Below, piece by piece: positions 33,669-42,209 of a DNA stretch of 43,329 nt. Position 1 is the stretch's first letter. Every line of letters starts with the position of its first letter. The DNA is from a virus. Position numbers and translations under genes: made by a program. The DNA is taken from UHGV virus genome UHGV-1380059; one strand, given 5' to 3'. The notes under the pieces are model-generated. The model did no database searches, was not told the DNA's origin, and worked only from the letters and a program-made list of their open reading frames with translations.

Positions 33669-35948
33669 TTAATCAATATAGTTTTTAACTTCTGGAAACT
33701 CATCTATTTGGCTATGAGCCTGTTCAATACGCTCTTTCCAATTTGTGCCAAACCACATTACGAGTAAATATTCCACCTGTGTTATATAGTAGTCTTTATC
33801 AATATCATCAAGAGTTATCCATCCTTCACCAATTGCCGCATTGTCAATGGCATAATATTCAGGAGCATTAGGTAAACCTTTAGTGTAAGAATCATCACCA
33901 ACAATTGTTGTACCTTCCTCTTCAATAATAGCTCCGCGTTTCACTTTGAATATTTCAACAGCTTTATTAGGGTCTTTTACTGCAAAGGTGCGGTTTACTT
34001 TTTGTGCTTTAAGTTCAGTACCTTTGCTATCACGTACAACCGTATCATCAAAAGTATAGCCTGTTTTCGTAATCATTTGGAACTGACGTAGTTCGTCACA
34101 CTCATTAATAAACTCTTTATAATCTTTGCCAGCAACTACATAGTTAATGAATGCATTTGACACAATTGCTTTAGATACGTTCAAACCATTAGTTAGCCCT
34201 ATGGCACCCTTAAACTTCACTTTACCATCTGATGTAACTGCCAAGTAATTATTAACGTCCTTCTGGAAAATAGCTTTAAATGGATCATCATCTAAGGTAT
34301 ACCCTGTCCGTTTCATCCAATCATTTGCAATCTTATCAATGGCTTTTTCATCTTCCTCACTAAATGGAATATAATAATGTGCGTCTGTGTTTGATTGAAT
34401 AATAGTGGCATGGTTTTCAATCTTTTCTAGTAAATCCCACATTGCCATCTGTCCAGTAATACATACTAATAACCTCATACGTGGGTCATACAGTTTATTA
34501 AACTCAGCCCCCATTGCACCATATTTCGTGTTTAGAGGTAGTTTATAGCCATTAATTAGCAACTTGGTTGGAATCTGAACGCCTTTAATTTCAGTAAACT
34601 CTTTATTAGAATACTTAGCTTCCATACGTTCATCTAATAACATTTGATAGATATGTCGTTTATCTTCTGGAATGTTTCTTGATAAGTAGTCAAACAATAC
34701 CATTGTGTTTGGATGCAATGAACCCACGTCACGCGCATGGAAGTTACCTACATGAATAAATGACTCTTTAGCGCCATGGATGCCACCTACCCCCAATACC
34801 TCTGTTACGTCTCTACGTGTTACATCTAATGAGATACTTGCATGTCCTTTATCATTAGCTTCGAATTCATCTGTCATAAACGCCTGACGTATGGTCTCTG
34901 ACTCAATTTCAAAGCCTTCTGGTAGTTCATACTTATCTAACTCGTCACCTCTATCAGGTGTTTTTTCAGCCCCTAATAATTCAGCAGTCAAGTTTGCGTT
35001 TGTCATTGATAGTGCCATCTTATCTAAACCAAAGTATAAGGCAATTGCAGCCTTAGCTACTAACATACCTATGTTTTGTTCAAAACGTTTTTCAGTAGCT
35101 AATACATCATTCTTACAGTAAATTTCATTCAATACTTGCTCTTCTTCTGTTAATTCTCTATCTAAGTCAAAATCAACCCCTGTTTCTTTAATATTGATAC
35201 CCATGAACGCACTATGTTCTTTCAAACTAAAACCCCTATTGTCTTGATACAAATCCATCCCAAACAGTGGTGTTTTCTTAGTATCAAACATTTTATATGC
35301 TAACGCTCTATCATCACTTTCAATGATTGCTTTTGACACATGAAATGGATTTTTACCTTGTAAATATGCACGCATGACATTGGAATCATATGAGTGTGAA
35401 TTATAACCTACAAACAATGAATCTCTATTCGCTAGATAGAACTTGCGTAACGCGTCTAAATCATTATGAATAACTGTCCATTCTTTAGTGAAGTAATCTC
35501 TGAAAACAAATAAGTTATCTTTTTTAAATACTTCAATATCATAAATATAGATGGTTTGTTTTGTTAGTGCCTCATTTGGCTTCTCAGGTAATATGTCAAT
35601 GACTGATCCTTTTTGATTAATGGTTACATTTGGAAAACTATTATTATATTTTAGAGTGATGTTTAGTTGCTGTCCCACTTCTATCTTTTCCCACGTTTTC
35701 CAATCTTGTTTACGGAACTTCATAATATAAAACGTAGCGTCACGTCCATCAGTTGTGCTACGTACTTTAATTTCTTTCATTTCTTTACCTTTAGCGCTTA
35801 AGCGTTCCTCTGCTTTAATCACTACCACTTGATGGATGCCTTCAATCATTGGGTCAAAACTTTTACTATTGCCAGCAAGTGCTGCGAATATTTCTAACAG
35901 TTTACTTGCTAACTTGTCAGCATGTTTGAATTCTGCAATATTTTTCAT
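33669..35948 (-). CDS. DNA polymerase, family B-like, with 3'-5' exonuclease
   Basis: Exo I 'YIYDIEV', Exo II 'YNSHSYDSNVM', Exo III 'YCKNDV'. Pol A 'DVGSLHPNTM', Pol B 'K...LNTKYG', Pol C 'SNTDA'. 759 aa. Confidence 0.7.
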   Translation of the reverse strand: MKNIAEFKHADKLASKLLEIFAALAGNSKSFDPMIEGIHQVVVIKAEERLSAKGKEMKEIKVRSTTDGRDATFYIMKFRKQDWKTWEKIEVGQQLNITLKYNNSFPNVTINQKGSVIDILPEKPNEALTKQTIYIYDIEVFKKDNLFVFRDYFTKEWTVIHNDLDALRKFYLANRDSLFVGYNSHSYDSNVMRAYLQGKNPFHVSKAIIESDDRALAYKMFDTKKTPLFGMDLYQDNRGFSLKEHSAFMGINIKETGVDFDLDRELTEEEQVLNEIYCKNDVLATEKRFEQNIGMLVAKAAIALYFGLDKMALSMTNANLTAELLGAEKTPDRGDELDKYELPEGFEIESETIRQAFMTDEFEANDKGHASISLDVTRRDVTEVLGVGGIHGAKESFIHVGNFHARDVGSLHPNTMVLFDYLSRNIPEDKRHIYQMLLDERMEAKYSNKEFTEIKGVQIPTKLLINGYKLPLNTKYGAMGAEFNKLYDPRMRLLVCITGQMAMWDLLEKIENHATIIQSNTDAHYYIPFSEEDEKAIDKIANDWMKRTGYTLDDDPFKAIFQKDVNNYLAVTSDGKVKFKGAIGLTNGLNVSKAIVSNAFINYVVAGKDYKEFINECDELRQFQMITKTGYTFDDTVVRDSKGTELKAQKVNRTFAVKDPNKAVEIFKVKRGAIIEEEGTTIVGDDSYTKGLPNAPEYYAIDNAAIGEGWITLDDIDKDYYITQVEYLLVMWFGTNWKERIEQAHSQIDEFPEVKNYID

Positions 35949-36049
35949 TCCTTACTTCCTCTCTCGTTTGAATATAATATAGTATATCACGTCAATTACT
36001 AATACACAAGTGCAAAATATAAATTCTATGAAACTTTCTATTGTGTGTC

Positions 36050-36256
36050 TCATTGGAACATTCTAAATTGTCTTGGATGACCTTGTGTTTGCATATACAA
36101 GATATCATCTAACTTATAAACAGCAATCGTTTTCTTCTTGTTTGCAATCATCATTTGAGTTGGATCAATCTTTACATAAATTTCATTGAAATGTCTGTTG
36201 ATAATTACACCATCTTCTTCTTTCACTGTTAAAACCAACTGGTCTACTAACATCAT
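36050..36256 (-). CDS. hypothetical protein (68 aa)
   Basis: ORF track. Confidence 0.45.
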   Translation of the reverse strand: MMLVDQLVLTVKEEDGVIINRHFNEIYVKIDPTQMMIANKKKTIAVYKLDDILYMQTQGHPRQFRMFQ

Positions 36257-36269
36257 TTATTTGTCCTCC

Positions 36270-36602
36270 TTATTTGAAATCATCTTTGTTCATCAACGCG
36301 CCAATAATATTGAATAGTGAAATAATTGTTGGAATACCTGTCCAGCAGAACACCAGTTTGATAAGTCCTGTTACTGGTTTTCCAACATAGAAATCATGCG
36401 CACCAATTCCTCCTAAGAAGAGCGCTAGCAATAAATAAACAGTCAAACTTGGTTTATTAGAGTCCTCTTTCATACTTTTAAGTTGTTCTAATTGTTCCTT
36501 TAAAATTTCGTTTTGTAATTGATCGTTAGTCATTTCTTTTTCCTCCTCTTGTGGTGTGTTCATTTTCTTCAATGTTTCTAATACTGGATTTTGTTTAGTC
36601 AT
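36270..36602 (-). CDS. TM2-domain membrane protein
   Basis: 'LLALFLGGIGAHDFYVGKPVTGLIKL' TM2 signature; acidic coiled N-terminus. Confidence 0.6.
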   Translation of the reverse strand: MTKQNPVLETLKKMNTPQEEEKEMTNDQLQNEILKEQLEQLKSMKEDSNKPSLTVYLLLALFLGGIGAHDFYVGKPVTGLIKLVFCWTGIPTIISLFNIIGALMNKDDFK

Positions 36603-36638
36603 TTTAATTACGTCCTCTCTTTATGTTATGAGTTAATG

Positions 36639-36857
36639 TTACCATGCCATGTTCACTTTGTCAATGTTTTTGGTTGATAATTTTAAATCTTTTTCTAAGA
36701 AAGCTTCTGTTGATCCATTTTCTAACCTAGCCAGTACTTCATATCCATCAACTGGTTTATAAAGCTTGTAGAGTACTAAACCCTTCTCTCCTTTGCGACC
36801 AATTCCGTTTAGATTATCTCTTTTTAACTCAATGATGTTGCCCACTTTGATTTGCAT
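36639..36857 (-). CDS. hypothetical protein (72 aa)
   Basis: ORF track; contains an internal TTGACA-N17-TAACAT promoter for the TM2 gene at 36631-36659. Confidence 0.45.
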   Translation of the reverse strand: MQIKVGNIIELKRDNLNGIGRKGEKGLVLYKLYKPVDGYEVLARLENGSTEAFLEKDLKLSTKNIDKVNMAW

Positions 36858-36858
36858 G

Positions 36859-37371
36859 TTACTTTACTCCTTCATTTAAGTATTTGAATGTGTATCCTCC
36901 AGTTTGTTTATATCTACCTTTTAACACTTTTGCAATGTTTGATTTATCCAAACCTAATTGTCTAGCACATTCTTTTGTACTATAGTATTCTTTAGACTCA
37001 CCAGTTTTGAGATTAGTTGCAAGGATTGGAATACTTCTTGTTTTAGCCATTCTTTCAGTACGTGTTCCGTGGTTTGAATTTTCTTTTGCGGTAGACCATT
37101 CTAAATTTGATAATTTATTGTTTGTTTTATCCTCGTCTATGTGGTTTACCTCTGGCTTGTTTTCTGGGTTTGGAATGAACGCTTGTGCTACTAGACGATG
37201 CATTTTCTTATTAGATTTAATACCATTTTTATATAACTTAACTTGTAGATATCCCCATGAATCTTCACTACCTTTCAAAATAAGATTCTTATACAAACTA
37301 TGAACTCTACCCAAGTTACTTACTTGGTACAACCCTTCATATCCTTCAATATCTTTCCAAACTTCTTTCAT
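36859..37371 (-). CDS. HNH homing endonuclease (NUMOD4 + HNH_3)
   Basis: 'MKEVWKDIEGYEGLYQVSNLGRV', 'HRLVAQAFIPNPENKPEVNHIDEDKTNN', 'ENSNHG'; the start is the ATG at 37371 with GAAGGAGG upstream. Confidence 0.85.
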   Translation of the reverse strand: MKEVWKDIEGYEGLYQVSNLGRVHSLYKNLILKGSEDSWGYLQVKLYKNGIKSNKKMHRLVAQAFIPNPENKPEVNHIDEDKTNNKLSNLEWSTAKENSNHGTRTERMAKTRSIPILATNLKTGESKEYYSTKECARQLGLDKSNIAKVLKGRYKQTGGYTFKYLNEGVK

Positions 37372-37462
37372 AAATAAAACCTCCTTCTTTATCTTACAAG
37401 TTAATTTTAACATTGATACAAAAAGAAGTCAACCATTTAGGTCAACTTCTTTCACATTTATT

Positions 37463-38155
37463 TTAGAACGGTAATTCCTCGTCTGATGCTACTTCTTTCT
37501 GGTCATTTGGGTCAAGCGCTTGTGCCTCCAACCACCCAAATGGAGATTTTGGATCCAACATGTTCTTATTTACAGTACAATCCACAACCATTCCAATAGC
37601 CATGTCTGCTGTATCCCATGTTACATTTACATCTTCAAACAATTCGTTAAAGCGTGCTTTAGCTTTTGCAAGTTTAGCTTGGTTAGGAATAAATTTATTT
37701 AATTTCTCAATATAAACTCCTGAATTAAAATTGAATGAGTAGTATTTTCCTTCATGCTCAACAACTACGGCACGTCCTTTTGCACTGTCTTTTATTTCAA
37801 CAATTGGTACTTGTTTTAATCGTTTTAGTGAAACCAGTGGTTTCTCAATCTTCTTAAATGATGTTCCTTCTTCAAAGTAGGCTTTTCCAGTCTCTTCGTC
37901 TACGTACATTTCTAATTCTTTATCTTCAAGATTATCAAACGATCCACCTAACATTTCTAAGGCTTTAGCTAATCGTTCTTTACCTTTTACATCGTCATCT
38001 GTGAAGTCATTCCACGTTTTAGAGTCTTTATCATATGTTTGTTTAAATACTGCAGCTTCATAGATAGCGCTGTAGTCCTCACTGGCTACCTGTAATTTCA
38101 CACTAATATCATCTTCCTCTGCGCTAACAATAATTACTTTTTTCAATTCTGACAT
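37463..38155 (-). CDS. hypothetical replication/recombination protein with an SSB-like acidic C-terminal tail (…DEELPF)
   Basis: The C-terminus 'ASDEELPF' mimics the SSB/gp2.5 tail; the start is the ATG at 38155 with GGAGGA upstream. Confidence 0.4.
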   Translation of the reverse strand: MSELKKVIIVSAEEDDISVKLQVASEDYSAIYEAAVFKQTYDKDSKTWNDFTDDDVKGKERLAKALEMLGGSFDNLEDKELEMYVDEETGKAYFEEGTSFKKIEKPLVSLKRLKQVPIVEIKDSAKGRAVVVEHEGKYYSFNFNSGVYIEKLNKFIPNQAKLAKAKARFNELFEDVNVTWDTADMAIGMVVDCTVNKNMLDPKSPFGWLEAQALDPNDQKEVASDEELPF

Positions 38156-38237
38156 TTTAATTTCCTCCAATTAATTTGTTTTATTTCATCTCTTACAAAA
38201 TCTATTATATCATATATTCCCTTACTTGTGTAGCATG

Positions 38238-39044
38238 TTACAGTATCTCATAATCAATTTTAAGTTTCTTCAAGTCGTCTTTCTTAACTTTAATTGTCAC
38301 ATATTCAACTGGTTTAGGAGCCTCCTGTTTTTGCTCGTTTCCAGTGAGTATGACAATGTCAGGAACTTTCGTTTCTTTCACTCGTCTTTGCTCAATCTCA
38401 AGACGTTCTTTCTCAGCAATCATGTTGGCATAGTCAACGATAGCTTCTTGCATATTATGACCGTTTTTAGAGTAGGCAATTAGAATGGCTGAACGATCAT
38501 CCTTGTCTGGATATTGTGTTTTTAATAGGTCATAGTCCTGTTTAAATGTTTCAAAATAAGAAACCACTGATTCACGTATCTTTTTAGCGCTTGTTGCCTT
38601 ATTAGTAATTAGTGTTGGATTTTTGCCAATGAATTTATCAAAAGTAAGCCATTGTGGAGCGTTATATGACTTCTGATATTTTTTAAATAAGTCTTTGATT
38701 TGTAACTTACGCTGTTCCTGTTCACGAGCAGTAATCTCTTTAATTTGAGCATTTATATGACCCTCACCTTCGCCAAGTACCTCTTTCAATACTTTTATTT
38801 TCTCATTGAGTTCGTCATAGGGTGTCATAATTTCACGCTTAACAGCTAGACGTTCTGAGTCTAATTTTTTAATTTCTTTACGAATTTCAGCAAGAAGTTT
38901 TTTGTTTTCAATAATGTTTTCCTCATTCACTTCTTGCTCTTTCATACGGTCAGCTAATCTCCTAACATCGTCAAGTGTTTTTTCGTAACCAATGAATTGT
39001 ATTTCATGTTTACCCGTAGATTGAATTGATAATTCAAATACCAT
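38238..39044 (-). CDS. hypothetical coiled-coil protein (DUF1351-like)
   Basis: 268 aa, charged and alpha-helical, as in phage DUF1351 proteins. Confidence 0.4.
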   Translation of the reverse strand: MVFELSIQSTGKHEIQFIGYEKTLDDVRRLADRMKEQEVNEENIIENKKLLAEIRKEIKKLDSERLAVKREIMTPYDELNEKIKVLKEVLGEGEGHINAQIKEITAREQEQRKLQIKDLFKKYQKSYNAPQWLTFDKFIGKNPTLITNKATSAKKIRESVVSYFETFKQDYDLLKTQYPDKDDRSAILIAYSKNGHNMQEAIVDYANMIAEKERLEIEQRRVKETKVPDIVILTGNEQKQEAPKPVEYVTIKVKKDDLKKLKIDYEIL

Positions 39045-39201
39045 ATTTTTCATCCTCCATTTGAAGGCGTTTATACTCTACTGCAAAAATTTCATCAATC
39101 GTATAATTTAATTTGAATAACCATTTGTATTTTTCAATTATAGCAAACAACTGGTTTTCTGTGTATCCATAATCTAATTTCAACAGTGTCTTATAGTTCA
39201 T
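39034..39201 (-). CDS. hypothetical protein (55 aa)
   Basis: Manually read 'MNYKTLLKLDYGYTENQLFAIIEKYKWLFKLNYTIDEIFAVEYKRLQMEDEKYGI'; its ATG overlaps the upstream TGA (ATGA). Confidence 0.35.
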   Translation of the reverse strand: MNYKTLLKLDYGYTENQLFAIIEKYKWLFKLNYTIDEIFAVEYKRLQMEDEKYGI

Positions 39202-39419
39202 CCTCTATTACCTTCCAATACAATTGCTTGATAAATCTCATCCTCTGAACCTCCAAAGCTTATACATTTAATAGTATGTTCCCCATATTTATCAACTAAC
39301 TCTTGTAGTGTGTAAAACATTTCAGGTGTTGTCCATCTATCAAACTCATCCAGAAATACTATACCAATATAGTCATCTAATAAATGTGCTAATTCTTTTA
39401 CAGTATATTTTTTCATCAC
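39198..39419 (-). CDS. hypothetical protein (73 aa)
   Basis: ORF track. Confidence 0.45.
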   Translation of the reverse strand: MMKKYTVKELAHLLDDYIGIVFLDEFDRWTTPEMFYTLQELVDKYGEHTIKCISFGGSEDEIYQAIVLEGNRG

Positions 39420-39643
39420 AGCTCCTCCTTCAGCAAATCCAAATCTTCATCACTCAAGCGGTCAATCAGTTCAATATCTTCTTCACGTACTTCTTCAAAT
39501 CGTGCTGCAAACTCTCCGCTTTCAACTAAGACAAGAATGTTTCCAAACTTGTCTACGTGTTGTACTGTACCCTCATCAACTTGTGCTGCGTGCATTCCAT
39601 AATTGTTTGTGAATTTTACTAAATCTCCATATTGATATTTCAT
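39416..39643 (-). CDS. hypothetical acidic protein (75 aa; start moved to MKYQYG)
   Basis: ORF track 39416..39682; the ATG at 39643 has GAGGAGGAAATAAA upstream. Confidence 0.45.
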   Translation of the reverse strand: MKYQYGDLVKFTNNYGMHAAQVDEGTVQHVDKFGNILVLVESGEFAARFEEVREEDIELIDRLSDEDLDLLKEEL

Positions 39644-39678
39644 TTTATTTCCTCCTCTGTCTTTATGTTTTAATTGTA

Positions 39679-40449
39679 TCATCTTACTAACCAGTTGTCA
39701 ACATCTTTTTTGGTAATTTTTCCTTTTGAACGTTTAATCAACCCATCAAAAGTGCGATATGTTTCTGACTGGTGTAGTTCTACATTAATTGCTCCTGGCT
39801 TCGCAAATTTGTCAACAAATAACTCTCTTTCTGTTGTACTTAAATGGCGATATGAACCTGAGCTGAATACATCATAGCCAGTGTGCTGTTTTGTAGATTC
39901 GTAAAATTCAATAACTTTAGGGTCGTAATTAGCTTCAAGTAATAGTGTATCAATCTTTAAAGCATTGTCCAAAAGATACTTTTCGTAGTCTGTCATTGTA
40001 CTTAAATCAGTGGCAAACAGAGTATTTTGTTTAGGTGTCTCCATGATGAAACCATGTGTTTCTGTATACTCTTCCCCAGCTCCATGATAATTCTGAAGGG
40101 TTGTGAACTTAACTTCACCTATTTGGAATTGGAAGTCATCTTTGAATATAAGGTCTAACAGTGGTAAGTTACGCTTCTTCAAGTTGTCTTGTACTTCCTG
40201 GTTTCCTAATATTTTAATGTGTGGAAAGTTCTCACGTATTTTCTTGTATGTTGTATATACAAGATGGTCTTGGTGACGATGAGTTATTAAAATGAATTGC
40301 TTGTTAAATAAGTATGGCTCAACATATTTATATGGCCGCCCTATGTCAATTAAGAATCCTAAATTATCGTAATAGATAGAAGCGCAGTTACCTTTACTTC
40401 CTGTATAGTGAATATCAAAACTAAATTCGTTCAATGTGCCAACCTCCAA
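39679..40449 (-). CDS. metallo-beta-lactamase-fold hydrolase
   Basis: 'LITHRHQDH' HxHxDH motif. Confidence 0.65.
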   Translation of the reverse strand: MEVGTLNEFSFDIHYTGSKGNCASIYYDNLGFLIDIGRPYKYVEPYLFNKQFILITHRHQDHLVYTTYKKIRENFPHIKILGNQEVQDNLKKRNLPLLDLIFKDDFQFQIGEVKFTTLQNYHGAGEEYTETHGFIMETPKQNTLFATDLSTMTDYEKYLLDNALKIDTLLLEANYDPKVIEFYESTKQHTGYDVFSSGSYRHLSTTERELFVDKFAKPGAINVELHQSETYRTFDGLIKRSKGKITKKDVDNWLVR

Positions 40450-40482
40450 CTGTTTTACTTTTACCAGATATTACTTCTTCAC

Positions 40483-40947
40483 TCATTTATTTCTATCCTC
40501 CCATCTAAACCCTTCCAATTCCCATAATTCTTTACCAAGCTCTTTTGCTTTCTTCCAATTATCTTTATCTATTGCGTTGTTAATTGCAATGATTAAGGCC
40601 TGTCGTTTTGGCTCTACTTTCTTTCTAAAAGGACGTTCCACACGTTCTACCCCTTCTTTTGGATTAATAGCGTAGCCAATGTTGGTATAGTGACTATTTT
40701 GTACGTTGCCATCTTTAAAATATAAATATCCTAAGTTATGCTCATTTTTAACAAACATATCTGCCACTAACTGAGAGATATAGAACTTACGTGACTTCTT
40801 ATGTGATCCATCAAGAACCACGTACATCTTTCCATTCTTTGGATCAACTAGTTCATTTTCATATCGTTCTTTATCTAGATGAAACACATGACCCTCATCT
40901 GTTATGGCGTACATATCATACGGCTCGTTTAATGGTTCAAATCTCAT
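40483..40947 (-). CDS. truncated, His-less paralog of the NUMOD4/HNH endonucleases (154 aa)
   Basis: 'YVVLDGSHKKSRKFYISQLVADMFVKN' aligns with 'Y...NG.RK..RLHRLVAQAFIPN'. 'LYFKDGNVQNSHYTN' sits where 'VNHIDENKTNN' is, so His becomes Phe. No C-terminal DNA-binding domain. RBS GGAGGA. Confidence 0.4.
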   Translation of the reverse strand: MRFEPLNEPYDMYAITDEGHVFHLDKERYENELVDPKNGKMYVVLDGSHKKSRKFYISQLVADMFVKNEHNLGYLYFKDGNVQNSHYTNIGYAINPKEGVERVERPFRKKVEPKRQALIIAINNAIDKDNWKKAKELGKELWELEGFRWEDRNK

Positions 40948-41359
40948 CTTGTTTTTCCTCCAATTTTATTAGTTGGTCTACATAAACCTTCACTTTTTTC
41001 AAGTCTTCAATGCCGTTCTTTTGTTTATATCTATGTGTATACTTGTAAATGTTCGCTTTGTAGAAACCACACAGCTCTTCGTATGTTAGTAAATCATCTT
41101 CTAATACGTCAAAGAGCTGTTTACCTGATTTAGTTTTGTAGCGTTTGGTATTTTGTAGTTCTTCAGATTCACTACTATCCAATACTTTCTCAAAGCGTGA
41201 AGCTGAATATGATTCAGTGTGATTTTTCAAGCATACAAATGTTTCATCCAAATCATAATCGTAGTTAACGTTGGTAATTTCATATACGTGCCCAATTTTT
41301 AAGCTATGCGTTCTACCTTCATCATTTATACATATAACTCTATCTCCAACTTTAAACAT
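40937..41359 (-). CDS. DUF3310-like protein
   Basis: C-terminal 'LTYEELCGFYKANIYKYTHRYKQKNGIEDLKKVKVYVDQLI' resembles DUF3310. Confidence 0.45.
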   Translation of the reverse strand: MFKVGDRVICINDEGRTHSLKIGHVYEITNVNYDYDLDETFVCLKNHTESYSASRFEKVLDSSESEELQNTKRYKTKSGKQLFDVLEDDLLTYEELCGFYKANIYKYTHRYKQKNGIEDLKKVKVYVDQLIKLEEKQDEI

Positions 41360-41388
41360 TTTATCAAATCCTCTCTTTTAACTATTTT

Positions 41389-41417
41389 AATATTATCATA
41401 CTCTTGTTTGAATGTCA
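41389..41417 (-). promoter_or_regulatory. Promoter TTGACA-N17-TAATAT for the DUF3310 gene
   Basis: Minus strand reads 'TTGACAttcaaacaagagtatgaTAATATtaaaatagttaaaagagagg' then the ATG at 41359. Confidence 0.55.
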
Positions 41418-41480
41418 ACACAAAACTTTTATTTTATGCTATAATTAATTATAGGGATATTCCTCCTCCCTCCTCTCGTT

Positions 41481-41507
41481 AAGACTAGTCAATTGACTAG
41501 TCTTTTT
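41481..41507 (+). terminator. plus-strand-oriented intrinsic terminator inside the minus-strand gene block
   Basis: 'agactagtc aatt gactagtct' + 'ttttt'. On the minus strand it is followed by 'taacgag', so it is not a minus-strand terminator. Overlaps the stop codon of the 41497..41697 gene. Confidence 0.5.
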
Positions 41508-41697
41508 GTTTATAGTTTTGAATATCTGATAAATATCCAAAAACCTCGCGCGCGGTATGAAACTCAACTCTATGAATATCTTGTGGCTCATTAACATGGA
41601 AAACCTCTACATAGTAATTTAACTCAAATCTTGATTGACTGAATACTGTCACACAATATCCATTTTTAAACTCTGTACTAAATAATCGCTTATCCAT
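41497..41697 (-). CDS. hypothetical protein (66 aa)
   Basis: ORF track. Confidence 0.45.
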   Translation of the reverse strand: MDKRLFSTEFKNGYCVTVFSQSRFELNYYVEVFHVNEPQDIHRVEFHTAREVFGYLSDIQNYKQKD

Positions 41698-41699
41698 TA

Positions 41700-42209
41700 T
41701 TATTCCTCCTTATATTTAAATGTGTAGCCTCCAACATGATTATGTTTACCTTTTAATACTTCGCAAATTGAACCGTTTGATACGTGTAGCAATGCTCCGG
41801 CTTCACTTATACTATTGTAAGTATTTCCATTTGAACAGATCACAGGCTTACTACGTGACGCTTTACTTCTTTTAATGCCTGAACCGTGTCTTATATTATC
41901 CAAATGTGATACCCATTCTAGATTACTTGATGTATTATTACATTTATTTTCATCAATATGATTTACATCAGATAAATTCAAGGGGTTATTTATAAAATAG
42001 GTCGCCACTAACCTATGAACCCTATAACACTTTCGTTCTCTTGAATTTATAATATGGATGTAATAATACCCACTTGTCTTATTCTTAAATGGTTTTAAAA
42101 TTCTATTTGTTTTAATATTTTTTATCCTACCCAAACTACTCACTTGATAATTTGGAAAATCTTTAATTGTCCGCCATTCTTCGCAATTCACGTTTTCTAA
42201 CTGACTCAT
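41700..42209 (-). CDS. HNH homing endonuclease (NUMOD4 + HNH_3)
   Basis: 'EEWRTIKDFPNYQVSSLGRIKN', 'HRLVATYFINNPLNLSDVNHIDENKCNN', 'DNIRHG'; strong RBS GAGGAGG; the start overlaps the PrimPol 3' end by 47 nt. Confidence 0.8.
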   Translation of the reverse strand: MSQLENVNCEEWRTIKDFPNYQVSSLGRIKNIKTNRILKPFKNKTSGYYYIHIINSRERKCYRVHRLVATYFINNPLNLSDVNHIDENKCNNTSSNLEWVSHLDNIRHGSGIKRSKASRSKPVICSNGNTYNSISEAGALLHVSNGSICEVLKGKHNHVGGYTFKYKEE

